From: a virus
Taxonomy: Duplodnaviria; Heunggongvirae; Uroviricota; Caudoviricetes; Herelleviridae
IMG/VR virus record: IMGVR_UViG_2595698876_000001
Location: 3,428 to 67,427 of that record
Length of the DNA stretch: 64,000 nucleotides
Strand: one strand, 5' to 3'
Shown one piece after another: positions 44,265 to 54,800 of this stretch. How positions within the stretch are numbered: position 1 is the stretch's first letter; the number at the start of each line of letters is the position of its first letter. The notes below the pieces were generated by a model. It was given only the letters and a program-made list of their open reading frames with translations. It was not told the origin of the DNA and searched no databases. Made by a program: the position numbers and the translations under genes.

Positions 44265-44296
44265 AGGACTATCCAACAAGTGGGTAGTCCTTTTTA
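44265..44296 (+). terminator. intrinsic terminator
   Basis: AGGACTATCC/GGGTAGTCCT followed by T run. Confidence 0.85.
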
Positions 44297-44326
44297 TGTT
44301 ATAATAGATATATAGGGAAAAGCAAG

Positions 44327-44336
44327 TGCTATATTA
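44327..44336 (+). promoter_or_regulatory. late-promoter motif
   Basis: TGCTATATTA, preceded by TGTTATAAT at 44297. Confidence 0.7.
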
Positions 44337-44364
44337 TTAATAGATAACTTAGGAGGCAAGGAAA

Positions 44365-44784
44365 ATGACAAATATACAAAAAGACATTGAGCATTTACAA
44401 GAGAAGAAAACGGCTGAACAGGTGGAAGCAGAAAAGCAACACGAGCAACGAGAAACGATTGATAGAATCATTCGAGGAAAGAATGATATCTTCACGAAAC
44501 ACTACGAATTGCCGGAGCTAGATTTAGACTTTATTATCTCAATCAAAGCACCAAACGCAATCGAGGTGGGTAAAATCCAAGCGATGACATCAAGCTACTT
44601 AAGTGGAATGAACGTATACATGTCACAGTACTACTTAATTGTGTATCAAACGTTAGCATCCATTAGAGTATGCGGCAAAGAAATTCCAGAATTTTTAAAA
44701 AATGATGAAGATATCTACAATTTAGAAATCTTATATGCTATCGGGGTTGATTATTCCGCATGGATGAATACCTTTCGCAGATAA
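44365..44784 (+). CDS. tail assembly chaperone (G-like)
   Basis: Position two genes before tape measure; AGGAGG SD. Confidence 0.75.
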   Translation: MTNIQKDIEHLQEKKTAEQVEAEKQHEQRETIDRIIRGKNDIFTKHYELPELDLDFIISIKAPNAIEVGKIQAMTSSYLSGMNVYMSQYYLIVYQTLASIRVCGKEIPEFLKNDEDIYNLEILYAIGVDYSAWMNTFRR

Positions 44785-44830
44785 GGTAAAGCACTTTGGC
44801 GGATTAAAACAGTTAGCTCGTACTCCTTAT

Positions 44831-45409
44831 ATGCGAAACCTCTGGGCGCTAATGAGAGAGTTCAAAATATTACCAACTAGTCCAGAGTTTAAAGAGCTAT
44901 CCGATATACAAATAGATTTAATGCTATATTCTATGGCGGAAGACGCTAGAGAAATGGAACGTGCACGTAAAGGCGTACAAGGCGATGGCGACCACTACGA
45001 TTCATCATTCGATGAAGAAGTATGGAACCGCGATGTTGGCGATTGGGAAGTACTTAAAGACGGTCACGATGGTACTAAGATTGCTGAACAGATTAATGCC
45101 ATGACTAAAGCGGAAGACCTTAAAAACCTTGAGGGTCGATTCGACGGACTGGACGAGTACAATGAACATCTGGAAAATGGTGGCATGACATCTCGTGAAT
45201 CCGAAGTCACTCAATACATAAACAAACAGCTAGAGAAAGCCGAGGAGCTTGCTAGAGAACGTTCTAGAGGCGGTAATGGTAAACGTCTAGTTGATGACCG
45301 GGAGCTTGCTGGCGAGGCTCCACAGTCCGATTACGCATTGAATAAGAAAGTAATGGACAAGGCTATTGCATTATTCGAAGACGATGAAGACGAATACACA
45401 GCACTTTAA
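44831..45409 (+). CDS. tail assembly chaperone (T-like), probably reached by +1 frameshift
   Basis: No SD; frame open from 44768; ACC_TTT_CGC at 44770-44778. Confidence 0.7.
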   Translation: MRNLWALMREFKILPTSPEFKELSDIQIDLMLYSMAEDAREMERARKGVQGDGDHYDSSFDEEVWNRDVGDWEVLKDGHDGTKIAEQINAMTKAEDLKNLEGRFDGLDEYNEHLENGGMTSRESEVTQYINKQLEKAEELARERSRGGNGKRLVDDRELAGEAPQSDYALNKKVMDKAIALFEDDEDEYTAL

Positions 45410-45468
45410 AGTGGGTAGAGGCGATTTTCCCTCTACTTTTCTTTAAGTAAAAAGGATGGTGAGGGAAC

Positions 45469-48400
45469 TTGGCTAATAAAGAAACATTTATATTTGATGT
45501 CAATGCCGATATAGAAAAAGCCATGAAAGGCTTAAATAAAGTTAAGCAAGCTATGGATGATATCGACAGGCTCCAGAAAAAAGGAGAAAGTCGCGGTAAC
45601 ACTACAAATGAGAGTGACATCCTTAATAGTATGAAACATGCGAAGCAAGCAGCGCAGGAGTATAAGAAACTCCAATCGATGCTTAAAGACTTGGATAAGA
45701 GTCTTAAAGGTTCGAACCAACGTATGTTCAAGGATAATGACTCCGAGCGAATGAAAAAGGTTACTGGCGTTGACATGAAATCAAAGCAGGATTACCAGAA
45801 GTTCGTTCAAGCACAAAGACGTGAACTAGACCGTACATACACAAAAGCAATGAACGCTCAACAGAAGATGGCTCGTTTTGGTCAAACACATACTAAGAAC
45901 TTTAGTACGAACTACCAACAAAAAGGTATCATGCACGTTGATACAAAAAACCTAGACGAAGCTAAGAAAACTGTAAAGGGTATCCTCTCTGACATTAACG
46001 CTTCATCAGGTCAGTTGGATAATGTACTACAGCAAATCAGGGAAGCTAAGAAACTTGATAGACGTTCAGAAAGTTTAGCTCGTCGTGCAAGCGCTTCCGG
46101 GTACATGTCACATCAACAAGCATCTAACTTTACTAGAGATTACCAAACTGTTAATGGTTCATACAAAAATAGTAAAGATGCTAACTTAAATCGGTTAACA
46201 GAAATCTCTACACAGTTAACAGACTTTGCAAAACAGCTTAATACGATTGAGTCAAATCCTAACGCAACAAATAAGGATATGCAACAACGTGTGAAGTTAC
46301 AAAATAACATTAGAGCATTAGACCAAGAATGGACAGCTCGTACAAAACTGAATAAGATTTTAGAAACTACTACATCTAATATGCAATCGTATCATGAATC
46401 TTTAGTAGGTACAAAACAAAAAGCAGATAGAAATACAGTTCAAGGAATGATTAGCGAACGCGCCCCGGCTATCGGTATGGCTGTTACAGGTGCAGTCGGA
46501 GCGACTATCGGTGGTCTATATAGTCAAGGTGGCGCACTAAGTAAAGAGATGCGACCTAGCGAAGTCTACATCGGTCAACAAACTGGTATGGATGGTTCTA
46601 ACTGGAGAACTGATATTCGTAACAATGCTATGACAGCCGGAAAAGCTAATAAATTAGGTTTCTTAGGTACAGATATGTTAGCATTCCAAGAAAACTATTT
46701 AACAGCTAGAGGTAACACTGGTCGTAAGGATTTACAAGATGCCATGAGCGGGCAAGCAACATTTAGCCGTTCTACTGGTATCAGCGCACAAGACACACGA
46801 CAATTCTTTGATACAGCTTATCGTAGTGGCGGCGTAACTGGAAGCTCAACAAAACAATTCCAGAATGCATTCTTAGGAGCTATCAAACAGAGTGGAATGG
46901 AAGGTCGTGAAAAAGACCAACTTAAAGCTCTAGATGGTATCTTACAAGGAATGACACAGGGACGTTCTATCACAAACCAAGACATGATGCAAACAATGGG
47001 ATTACAAGCAGCTTTAGCTAATTCCGGCGTATCCGCATTACAAGGTAGCAAAGGTGGTCAGGCGTTAGCTGGTCTTGATGAAGGTATCCGTAATGGATTC
47101 GGTGACGCTTCTGTTCGTGTAGCGTTCGGTCAAGGTACCGAGTATCAAGGTGTAGAAGGACGTTGGAAACTAAGACAGGAAATGGAAAAGGGTGTCGCTA
47201 GTCCAGAAATCGTTAATAAGATGGCTGGTATTGCTAAAGCAGCAGGTGGCGGTAATAAAGAAAGAGAGTACGAAGCTTTCGCATCCTTCGCCAATGAACG
47301 TCTTGGTGCCAAACTCACTACACAACAAGTACAAGGTATTATGGACGAATACAACAAGGGTAACTTATCTCAAGAAAACATAAGTAAAATTATGGAGAAG
47401 AACCAAACAGAAGGGGAAAAGGAATCTAAGAAGCGTCTTAGCAACTACCAGAAATCTAGTGCAGCTACGGATAGTCAAAGTGAAGCTACATCAGCAGAAC
47501 AAGCAGTAAAAATTAACGATATGGGTGAAGCAGTTCGTGAAGCTAATATTGCTCTAGGCGGATTACCAGCCCCTCTATATGGAGCTGTCCTTGCAGTAGG
47601 AGCATTTACAGCATCAATGTTAGCAGCAGCCGCATCGTTCGGACTTGCAGGTGTTATTAAAAACAAGTCACTAGGAACATATGGTGGTGGCGGAGGCGGA
47701 GCTGGCGGTGGAACTGTAACACCGGGAGGCGGTACTGGAGGTAGACCACCAAGCGGTGGCGTAGGTACTGGAGCAGGAGCTAATATTCCTCCGGGGTATG
47801 GGACATCTTCTGGTGGAGTAATTGTACCAGAAAGCGCAATACCACCAACAACACCAGCAATTCCGGGAGGCGCAACTCGACAATACTCTCAAGGTGGAGT
47901 CGGTAACTGGTTTAAAGGTTTATTCGACCCTAGCGCTAGAGCAGGTGGATTAGCTAACTTCGGTACAGGAGAAGCAATCGCCGGAGGAGCCGCAGTAGCA
48001 GGTGGAGCAGCAGCCGCAGCAAACGCGAATAAATTCCCTAACTTGTTCAAAGGCGGATTAAAAGGTAGTGTCGCTTTCAAAGGACTTAATAAAATTTTAC
48101 TACCTCTTGCAGCATTAACCGCTGTTAGTTCGATTTCTTCCGCAGAATCAGAAGACAAAGGTAAAGCTACTGGTAGTGCAATAGGCGGTATCGGTGGAGG
48201 TATCTTAGGTGGAGCAGCAGCCGGAGCAGCAGCAGGTTCTATTATCCCGGGTGCAGGTACATTAGTCGGAGGAGCTATCGGGTTAACTGGTGGTATCATC
48301 GGTTCTATCTTCGGTAGCAACATCGGTGAAAGTATCGGTGGATGGTTCGACCCAGAAAAAGGGAAAGAAAAGAGCATTGCACCAGAAGCTCCAAAATCAT

Positions 48401-49419
48401 CTCCATCTAGTGATGTTCCAGCAGCTACGAATACATCTACATCAGGAGCTACACCAATGGCTACTAGTATGGCGTATTCTCCAGACTCACAGATGCCTAC
48501 TAACATGCCGAACACAGCAGGTAATCCAAACGCTATCAAGGATTTAGTAGACAAGGAGAACACGAATACCAAACAGCGTACTGAAATGAAGAAGACTGAC
48601 AACTTATCTTATGAAAGAGAGAACTTGACTCTTTATGAGAAAGCGCTTCAAAAGGCGGAGTCTTTACTAGCACAAGCCCGCGCTCAAAACGGTATCATGG
48701 GTAATGCAGCAGGTGGTGGAGCAGCAGGTGGAGCTAACGGTATTAATGGTTTCACTGGCGGAGGCTCATTGAAGTTCCTAGCGGATGGTCAGAAGTGGTC
48801 AAATAGCAACGTGACACAACATGACTTAGGCTCGACTGATGCGAAGTTAACAGCAGAAGACCTAGATGCTTGGATTAACTCTAAAGCACCGAAAGATTCC
48901 ATGATGAGAGGTATGGGTGCTACCTTCTTGAAAGCTGGACAAGAGACAGGTCTTGACCCACGTTACTTAGTTGCTCACGCAGCGGAAGAATCTGCTTGGG
49001 GTACATCTAAGATTGCCCGCGATAAAGGTAACTTCTTCGGTATTGGCGCGTTCGATGACAGTCCGTACTCAAGTGCATTCGAATTTAAGAATGGTGGAGG
49101 TTCCGCAGCAGAGAACGGTATCATGGGTGGAGCTAAGTGGATTGCAGAGAAGTACTACGGAAAAGGGAGAACAACTCTAGATGCAATGCATAAAGCTGGC
49201 TACGCTACAAACTCTGACTGGGCTTCTAATATCGCAAGTATCATGAAGGGCGCTCCTACAGGTTCCGGCTCTGGTGCAATGACAGCGACTATCAACGTCA
49301 ATGTTAAAGGCGATGAGAAAGTATCAGATAAGCTTAAGAGTTCTTCTGATATGAAGAAAGTCGGTAAAGACATGGCGGATATGCTTGGTTTCTATTCTAA
49401 AGAGATGGTGATGGCGTAA
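45469..49419 (+). CDS. tape measure protein with C-terminal glucosaminidase (GH73-like) domain
   Basis: 1316 aa, helical then G/A-rich; LDPRYLVAHAAEESAWG...NFFGIGA. Confidence 0.9.
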   Translation: MANKETFIFDVNADIEKAMKGLNKVKQAMDDIDRLQKKGESRGNTTNESDILNSMKHAKQAAQEYKKLQSMLKDLDKSLKGSNQRMFKDNDSERMKKVTGVDMKSKQDYQKFVQAQRRELDRTYTKAMNAQQKMARFGQTHTKNFSTNYQQKGIMHVDTKNLDEAKKTVKGILSDINASSGQLDNVLQQIREAKKLDRRSESLARRASASGYMSHQQASNFTRDYQTVNGSYKNSKDANLNRLTEISTQLTDFAKQLNTIESNPNATNKDMQQRVKLQNNIRALDQEWTARTKLNKILETTTSNMQSYHESLVGTKQKADRNTVQGMISERAPAIGMAVTGAVGATIGGLYSQGGALSKEMRPSEVYIGQQTGMDGSNWRTDIRNNAMTAGKANKLGFLGTDMLAFQENYLTARGNTGRKDLQDAMSGQATFSRSTGISAQDTRQFFDTAYRSGGVTGSSTKQFQNAFLGAIKQSGMEGREKDQLKALDGILQGMTQGRSITNQDMMQTMGLQAALANSGVSALQGSKGGQALAGLDEGIRNGFGDASVRVAFGQGTEYQGVEGRWKLRQEMEKGVASPEIVNKMAGIAKAAGGGNKEREYEAFASFANERLGAKLTTQQVQGIMDEYNKGNLSQENISKIMEKNQTEGEKESKKRLSNYQKSSAATDSQSEATSAEQAVKINDMGEAVREANIALGGLPAPLYGAVLAVGAFTASMLAAAASFGLAGVIKNKSLGTYGGGGGGAGGGTVTPGGGTGGRPPSGGVGTGAGANIPPGYGTSSGGVIVPESAIPPTTPAIPGGATRQYSQGGVGNWFKGLFDPSARAGGLANFGTGEAIAGGAAVAGGAAAAANANKFPNLFKGGLKGSVAFKGLNKILLPLAALTAVSSISSAESEDKGKATGSAIGGIGGGILGGAAAGAAAGSIIPGAGTLVGGAIGLTGGIIGSIFGSNIGESIGGWFDPEKGKEKSIAPEAPKSSPSSDVPAATNTSTSGATPMATSMAYSPDSQMPTNMPNTAGNPNAIKDLVDKENTNTKQRTEMKKTDNLSYERENLTLYEKALQKAESLLAQARAQNGIMGNAAGGGAAGGANGINGFTGGGSLKFLADGQKWSNSNVTQHDLGSTDAKLTAEDLDAWINSKAPKDSMMRGMGATFLKAGQETGLDPRYLVAHAAEESAWGTSKIARDKGNFFGIGAFDDSPYSSAFEFKNGGGSAAENGIMGGAKWIAEKYYGKGRTTLDAMHKAGYATNSDWASNIASIMKGAPTGSGSGAMTATINVNVKGDEKVSDKLKSSSDMKKVGKDMADMLGFYSKEMVMA

Positions 49420-49457
49420 GCTGTCCCTCTCTTCTTTTTAAATAAGGAGGTTTACAA

Positions 49458-49556
49458 ATGCAAGGTACAAAAGGTGAATGGATTTTCGCATTATTAGTTA
49501 GTGTATCTGCTCCGTTCCTAATGGGGATACTCGTTGGTTATATGATATTTAGCTAG
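49458..49556 (+). CDS. 32-aa single-TM peptide (not in ORF track)
   Basis: AAGGAGG-7nt-ATG; MQGTKGEWIFALLVSVSAPFLMGILVGYMIFS*. Confidence 0.65.
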   Translation: MQGTKGEWIFALLVSVSAPFLMGILVGYMIFS

Positions 49557-49570
49557 AAAGGAGGAACATC

Positions 49571-51841
49571 ATGGTTCAAATTCAAAAAAGGTATCCAACA
49601 TTTGAAATACAGCTCATCACAGAGGACACGTCCTACGAGCTTACATACGATACCAAGAAGCAATTGTCAAGTGATTCATTCGATAATGCAATCATCTCGT
49701 TCAGTTGTAAAAATAGTATGACAGATGATAGCCCGGCATTTGCTCTTATCGTCACAGCAGTAGATAAGTGGGATAAGATTCTAAATGCAAATGACCTTAT
49801 CAGAATTAAAGTATTCCCGGACGTAACAGATAAAGTACCGGATAATCCGTACATCATGGTTGGTATGATATCTGACATCAAGAAAGATGGGGAATATGCA
49901 AACGGTACATTAGTATATCGTATTACTGGACAAGCAATGACAAAAGCACTAATCAACTTCCAAGTAGGAGTTATCCAACAGTTCGCTGCAATCTCACCTA
50001 GTTTTGGTTGGTTACCGGATGGAACAGAGCAAGGGTTACATTTCTCAAACAACTCTGCTGCTGGAATTGGTGATGAGCTTATGGATAGATTCCTTTACAA
50101 GTATGCTCAATACAAGTTCACAAATGGTAAAGGTTTACAAGATTACTTCACACATAGATTCGAGAGTTGGAAAGAGGATGAATCATTATTAGACCCATCC
50201 CCATTCGTAAATTATCAAGGTAGCTTAAGACAGTTCTTAGAAGACATTGTAGCGAAACCGTTTAACGAGCTATTCTTTGAATATACAGTTGATGGTCAAT
50301 GTGCTGCTGTAATGCGTCCGACTCCGTTTGACCCGGATAAATGGAATGCTCTAGAGACTTACAAGTTTAAGAGTGATACCGTAATCCAAGAATCATTCGG
50401 TAAAAACGATAACGAAGCCTTTTCCGTTTATGTGGTACAGGCACCTAACTTACTAGAATACAACAGTTTAGATTTAGGTGTGTTCCCTAGATTCCATCCA
50501 GAGCTTATTAAGAAGTATGGATATAAACGATTGGATGCTCAAAACAGATACTTGATGTCTGCGGATAAAGCAATGCAAGGTAATAACGCTGCTAATGGTG
50601 GTCTAACGAATTTACCGAACACAGGAGGTACAGGGACTCCAACACCTACACCTAATCCGGGTGGCGGAACAGCTACACCTACTCCTATGGTAATGACAGC
50701 ACCACAACCAACAACTCGTACTGTAACACAACCAGCATTCGCGGATGTCGATTCGTTTATCAAGAGTAGCAATTATAATGACCCAGAGACGCTTCGTAAG
50801 CGCCGTACAGAGGTGGAAGCTGGACTTAAAGCTAAATACCCTAGCATGACGCAATCGATGACTACGAGCATCGTAGATGCCTTAAAAAACGGAACATTTA
50901 ATGCTGATACATATAGGCAGATTGCGAACTCTGCTACAGGAGATACAAACCAAACAAATAGCTCCGAGAAGAGTGTGGACAACGCTAAGTTAAAAGCATT
51001 CACAGACAGACTATATAACTGGTATTGTGAGAATCCTAACTTCTACAGTGGAGACATTCGTGTACTAGGTAACCCGATGTATCGTGTGGGTACTAGAATC
51101 TTCTATGAGGATGCAGAACAAGAGACTACATGGGAGTTCTATCTTGAATCGGTACAGCATGAGTTTAGTTTCACAAACGGGTATTCTACTATATTAGGAG
51201 TAACAAGAGGTTTACCAGAGAACGGGAAATCTCGTTTCACAAACCTGTGGGGTAAATCAGAAGACTTCAAAGGCGGATACTTAGGTGAAGAAACAATGGC
51301 GCAACTTGCAGAGAAAGCAAAACAAGCCCAGCAACAAGCAGGTGGCGGAGCCGGAGGAGCTACAGGTGGTATGGGTTCTGGTGCAGGTTCCGGAGTAGCA
51401 ATGCAAGCTCTAGGTACTGCAAGAGAAATGACATCTAAGCCATCCGTATATGTGTTCGGTGGTGGACGTTCTGGTAGTAACCCATTCCTAAATTCTCCAA
51501 TCAAAATCGACTGTTCATCATTCGTCTGGTGGTGCTATAACCTACATGGGGTTCAATTGAATGGTGGCGCTACAGGTATGACAACAGATACGATTGCAAA
51601 GGATTCTCGACTACAGGTTATAAGCCCGCGTGGTGGGGATAAGAATGCAGCCTACGCAGCCTTACGTGAAGGAGATATCATTTACTTCGACACATACAAA
51701 TCTGACGGTCACGTTGGAATCTACTCAGGAAACAGTAAGTTCATAGGTTCCCAGAGTAGCCCGGGTATTCATGAGGAGGACTTGACTACATCGTACTGGA
51801 AGAAGGTATTCAATGGACACGTAAGAAGGTTCACAGGCTAA
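49571..51841 (+). CDS. baseplate hub/tail lysin with C-terminal NlpC/P60 domain
   Basis: IDCSSFVWWCY...GHVGIY; follows tape measure. Confidence 0.88.
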   Translation: MVQIQKRYPTFEIQLITEDTSYELTYDTKKQLSSDSFDNAIISFSCKNSMTDDSPAFALIVTAVDKWDKILNANDLIRIKVFPDVTDKVPDNPYIMVGMISDIKKDGEYANGTLVYRITGQAMTKALINFQVGVIQQFAAISPSFGWLPDGTEQGLHFSNNSAAGIGDELMDRFLYKYAQYKFTNGKGLQDYFTHRFESWKEDESLLDPSPFVNYQGSLRQFLEDIVAKPFNELFFEYTVDGQCAAVMRPTPFDPDKWNALETYKFKSDTVIQESFGKNDNEAFSVYVVQAPNLLEYNSLDLGVFPRFHPELIKKYGYKRLDAQNRYLMSADKAMQGNNAANGGLTNLPNTGGTGTPTPTPNPGGGTATPTPMVMTAPQPTTRTVTQPAFADVDSFIKSSNYNDPETLRKRRTEVEAGLKAKYPSMTQSMTTSIVDALKNGTFNADTYRQIANSATGDTNQTNSSEKSVDNAKLKAFTDRLYNWYCENPNFYSGDIRVLGNPMYRVGTRIFYEDAEQETTWEFYLESVQHEFSFTNGYSTILGVTRGLPENGKSRFTNLWGKSEDFKGGYLGEETMAQLAEKAKQAQQQAGGGAGGATGGMGSGAGSGVAMQALGTAREMTSKPSVYVFGGGRSGSNPFLNSPIKIDCSSFVWWCYNLHGVQLNGGATGMTTDTIAKDSRLQVISPRGGDKNAAYAALREGDIIYFDTYKSDGHVGIYSGNSKFIGSQSSPGIHEEDLTTSYWKKVFNGHVRRFTG

Positions 51842-51867
51842 TCGTGTTATAATATAAAAAAGGGAGG

Positions 51868-54800
51868 ATGATTATTAATATGTCAGAACATGAATATAGT
51901 CCATTATCTGGAATGAGATTCCAGTCACAATTAAGTAAAGAAATGAAACGAGCGTATAAGGAGGGTAACAATATTGTTACCCTTTCTTTTGCGGAAGTTA
52001 TTAAAGTTAACTATAAATATAATACGGTAGACGTAATTACTACTAAACATAAAAACTCTACAACAAAGAACCCTAACGACAATGGTAAGTACTCTGCTCG
52101 TTTACCTATACAATTCGGTGGTAGAACACCACAAGGTAACGTGTACGGTACGAACACACTTGTAACTGTAGGCTCTAGAGTTCTAATCGGATTCGTAGAA
52201 GGTAACAAAGATAATCCAATCGTGCTTAACATTTACGGAGCTGTCGATAATCAATCTATGCTTACTAGAACAACTATGACAGGTGGAGACGAGTCTGACG
52301 AAGGTGTACAACGTGAACTATGGCAACTATTCAACCTGTACCCATCTATGACATATACAAATGTTGATGGTCGCGGTAATCGTGAAGTTACTTTCTCTGG
52401 TAAGAGCTTCTTATACGTTACGGACTCTGACCAAAACAACGAATACGTACAGGACGAAGCTTTTGATTACATGGATTTACCTAGCTCACGTTATGCAAAC
52501 GGAGAACTAATTGAACCGGAATCACCAAGCTCACCTACAGTACTTTACGTTCATCAGGGCGTATATGAGAAACATAGATTCACAATTTTCATTAAGTCCG
52601 ATGGTACATTCCGTATGGGTAGCCGTAATGAAAAAGGTCACGGTATTACATACCAACAAATGAACACGGATGGTAGTTTCTCAATTGTCAAGAAAAATGA
52701 TACGACAAACCCGGAGGAAGAATCATACGACCAGTCTTCTATGGAAATCCTTAAGAATGGTAACGTACTTCTTCAAAACCCAAAACATAAGTTCGAGATT
52801 ACAGATGATGGAATCCTAGTAGATGGTAAGAAGTTATCGGAGATTGGCGGAGGCGGAAGTGGAGAGAATCCAGAGTACGAAGAAGCTATCCGACAAATCA
52901 ATAAAACTATCGAAACAATGTCTGTAACAATGAAATCTATTGAGGGCGGTTTAGAAACAAAGGTAGAGAAGAATACATACGAGATTGACCTTGACGAAAT
53001 CAAAGGCGCACAAGACGCGTTACTTGCAGAAATCAAAGCAATCATCGCAACATTAAAAGTTGCTTTAGAAGACTTACGTACTTTTATCGGTTCTGGTTTC
53101 CCGGACGGTGTAGTAACAGATGCTCGTAAGATAGAATTGAACAAAAAAATGCAAACTATCGATGCATCTAAAACAGTACTAGATGGTAAGTATGCAGAGG
53201 TTATGGCTGACCCATTCTTATCTGACACACTTAAGAACACGTTAAAAATCTCTAAAGACCGTGTAGATGGATACCACCAAGCATTACATAACGTAATCGA
53301 CGCATCTATCACAGACGGTACAATCACAGCACAAGAGAAAACAGACATCAACACAGCTATCACAAACTATGTAACTTCTTTAAATAACATAGAACCTGTG
53401 TTCACTTCTAGTATCGAAGCATCTATTGTTGAACGAATCAAAGAAGCTGTAGAAAACCCAGTCAACTACACGAATAAAGAGATGAAGAAGCAAAGCGCAA
53501 TCTTTACGCAACTATTCAATGCTATCTCTATGAAAGTTAGTACAGAGGAATTAACATCTCAAGTGCAAGACTTAGAAGTTAAGATGGCTACGAAGGAGGA
53601 GCAGAAAGCGCTTACTGATGAATTAGAACGAGTTGACCAGAAAGTAAATGGCGCTCTATCTAATCTTCCATACCGAGTAGAGGTTACTTCCACAAATGGT
53701 ACAGTATTCGTCAATGACTTTATCGATTCTGTTGTATCTGCTAGATTTTACAAAGGTGCGGATGACATCACATCAACAGTCGGTATCGGAGATATTATCT
53801 GGCTTCGTGTATCGGATGACCAAGCAGGAGATACAGCTTGGAACAATAACCATAAAGGTATTGGTAACTCATTCCGTTTAAGCGTAAATGACGTTAGAGA
53901 CAGAGCTACATTCTTCTGTTCATACAAGACTCCTCCAGTAGCTACAGGTAGTATTACAGTAGCGAACTTAAAGGACATCTCGGTATCTAAAACAGAACCA
54001 ACAAACCCACGACAAGGTACAATGTGGTACAACATGACGGACGGTAAGTTATACGTTTACATGGACGGTAAATGGCAATTCTCAGCAGATGGTTTAGACT
54101 TCAATATTCGTAACCTACTTACAAACTCACGAGATTGTACAGGTGGCGGTTGGTCGTTCCAAAGTGCTTCAAGAACAAATAGCCAATATCAAGGCACATA
54201 CATCATCGAAACAGCAGCTAACTGGGGTAGTGCGGATTATGCTTGTTCTGACTTATTCACGCGTGGAGTAGTAGCAGCTAATGATGAGGTTACATTCTGT
54301 GTACTCGCTAGATTAACAGGGGCTACAGGTGTTACAAGAAACTTATCATTCTTCTGTGAGCAATCTCCAGCTAGTGGTACAGTGGTAGGCTCAGTAACTA
54401 CAGAATGGCAACCTTTCTACATCACATTTAAAATGTTAGCGGCAATGAATACAGCAGGGTCTAAAATGAGATTCGAAGTAGGCGACCTGACATCAGCTAA
54501 CTTGAAGTTACAATTATGTAGCCATATCTTAGTTAAAGGTAACACACAGGTAAACTGGGTTCCAGCTCCGGAGGATACACAACGAGATATCGACAATATC
54601 AATAAAGATGTTGGAGACATCCGAACAAACGTAGACTCATTAGGTGACGATAAAAAACTAACTCGTTTCGAAAGAAGTTTAATTCGTTCATACTTAGCGG
54701 ATATCACTGGTACATACTACAACCCAACAGATGTTCCTATTGCGTTAACAGAGATTGACAAGCCCGCTTACGGAAAAGGTAAGTTGTACTCAATCCGACA

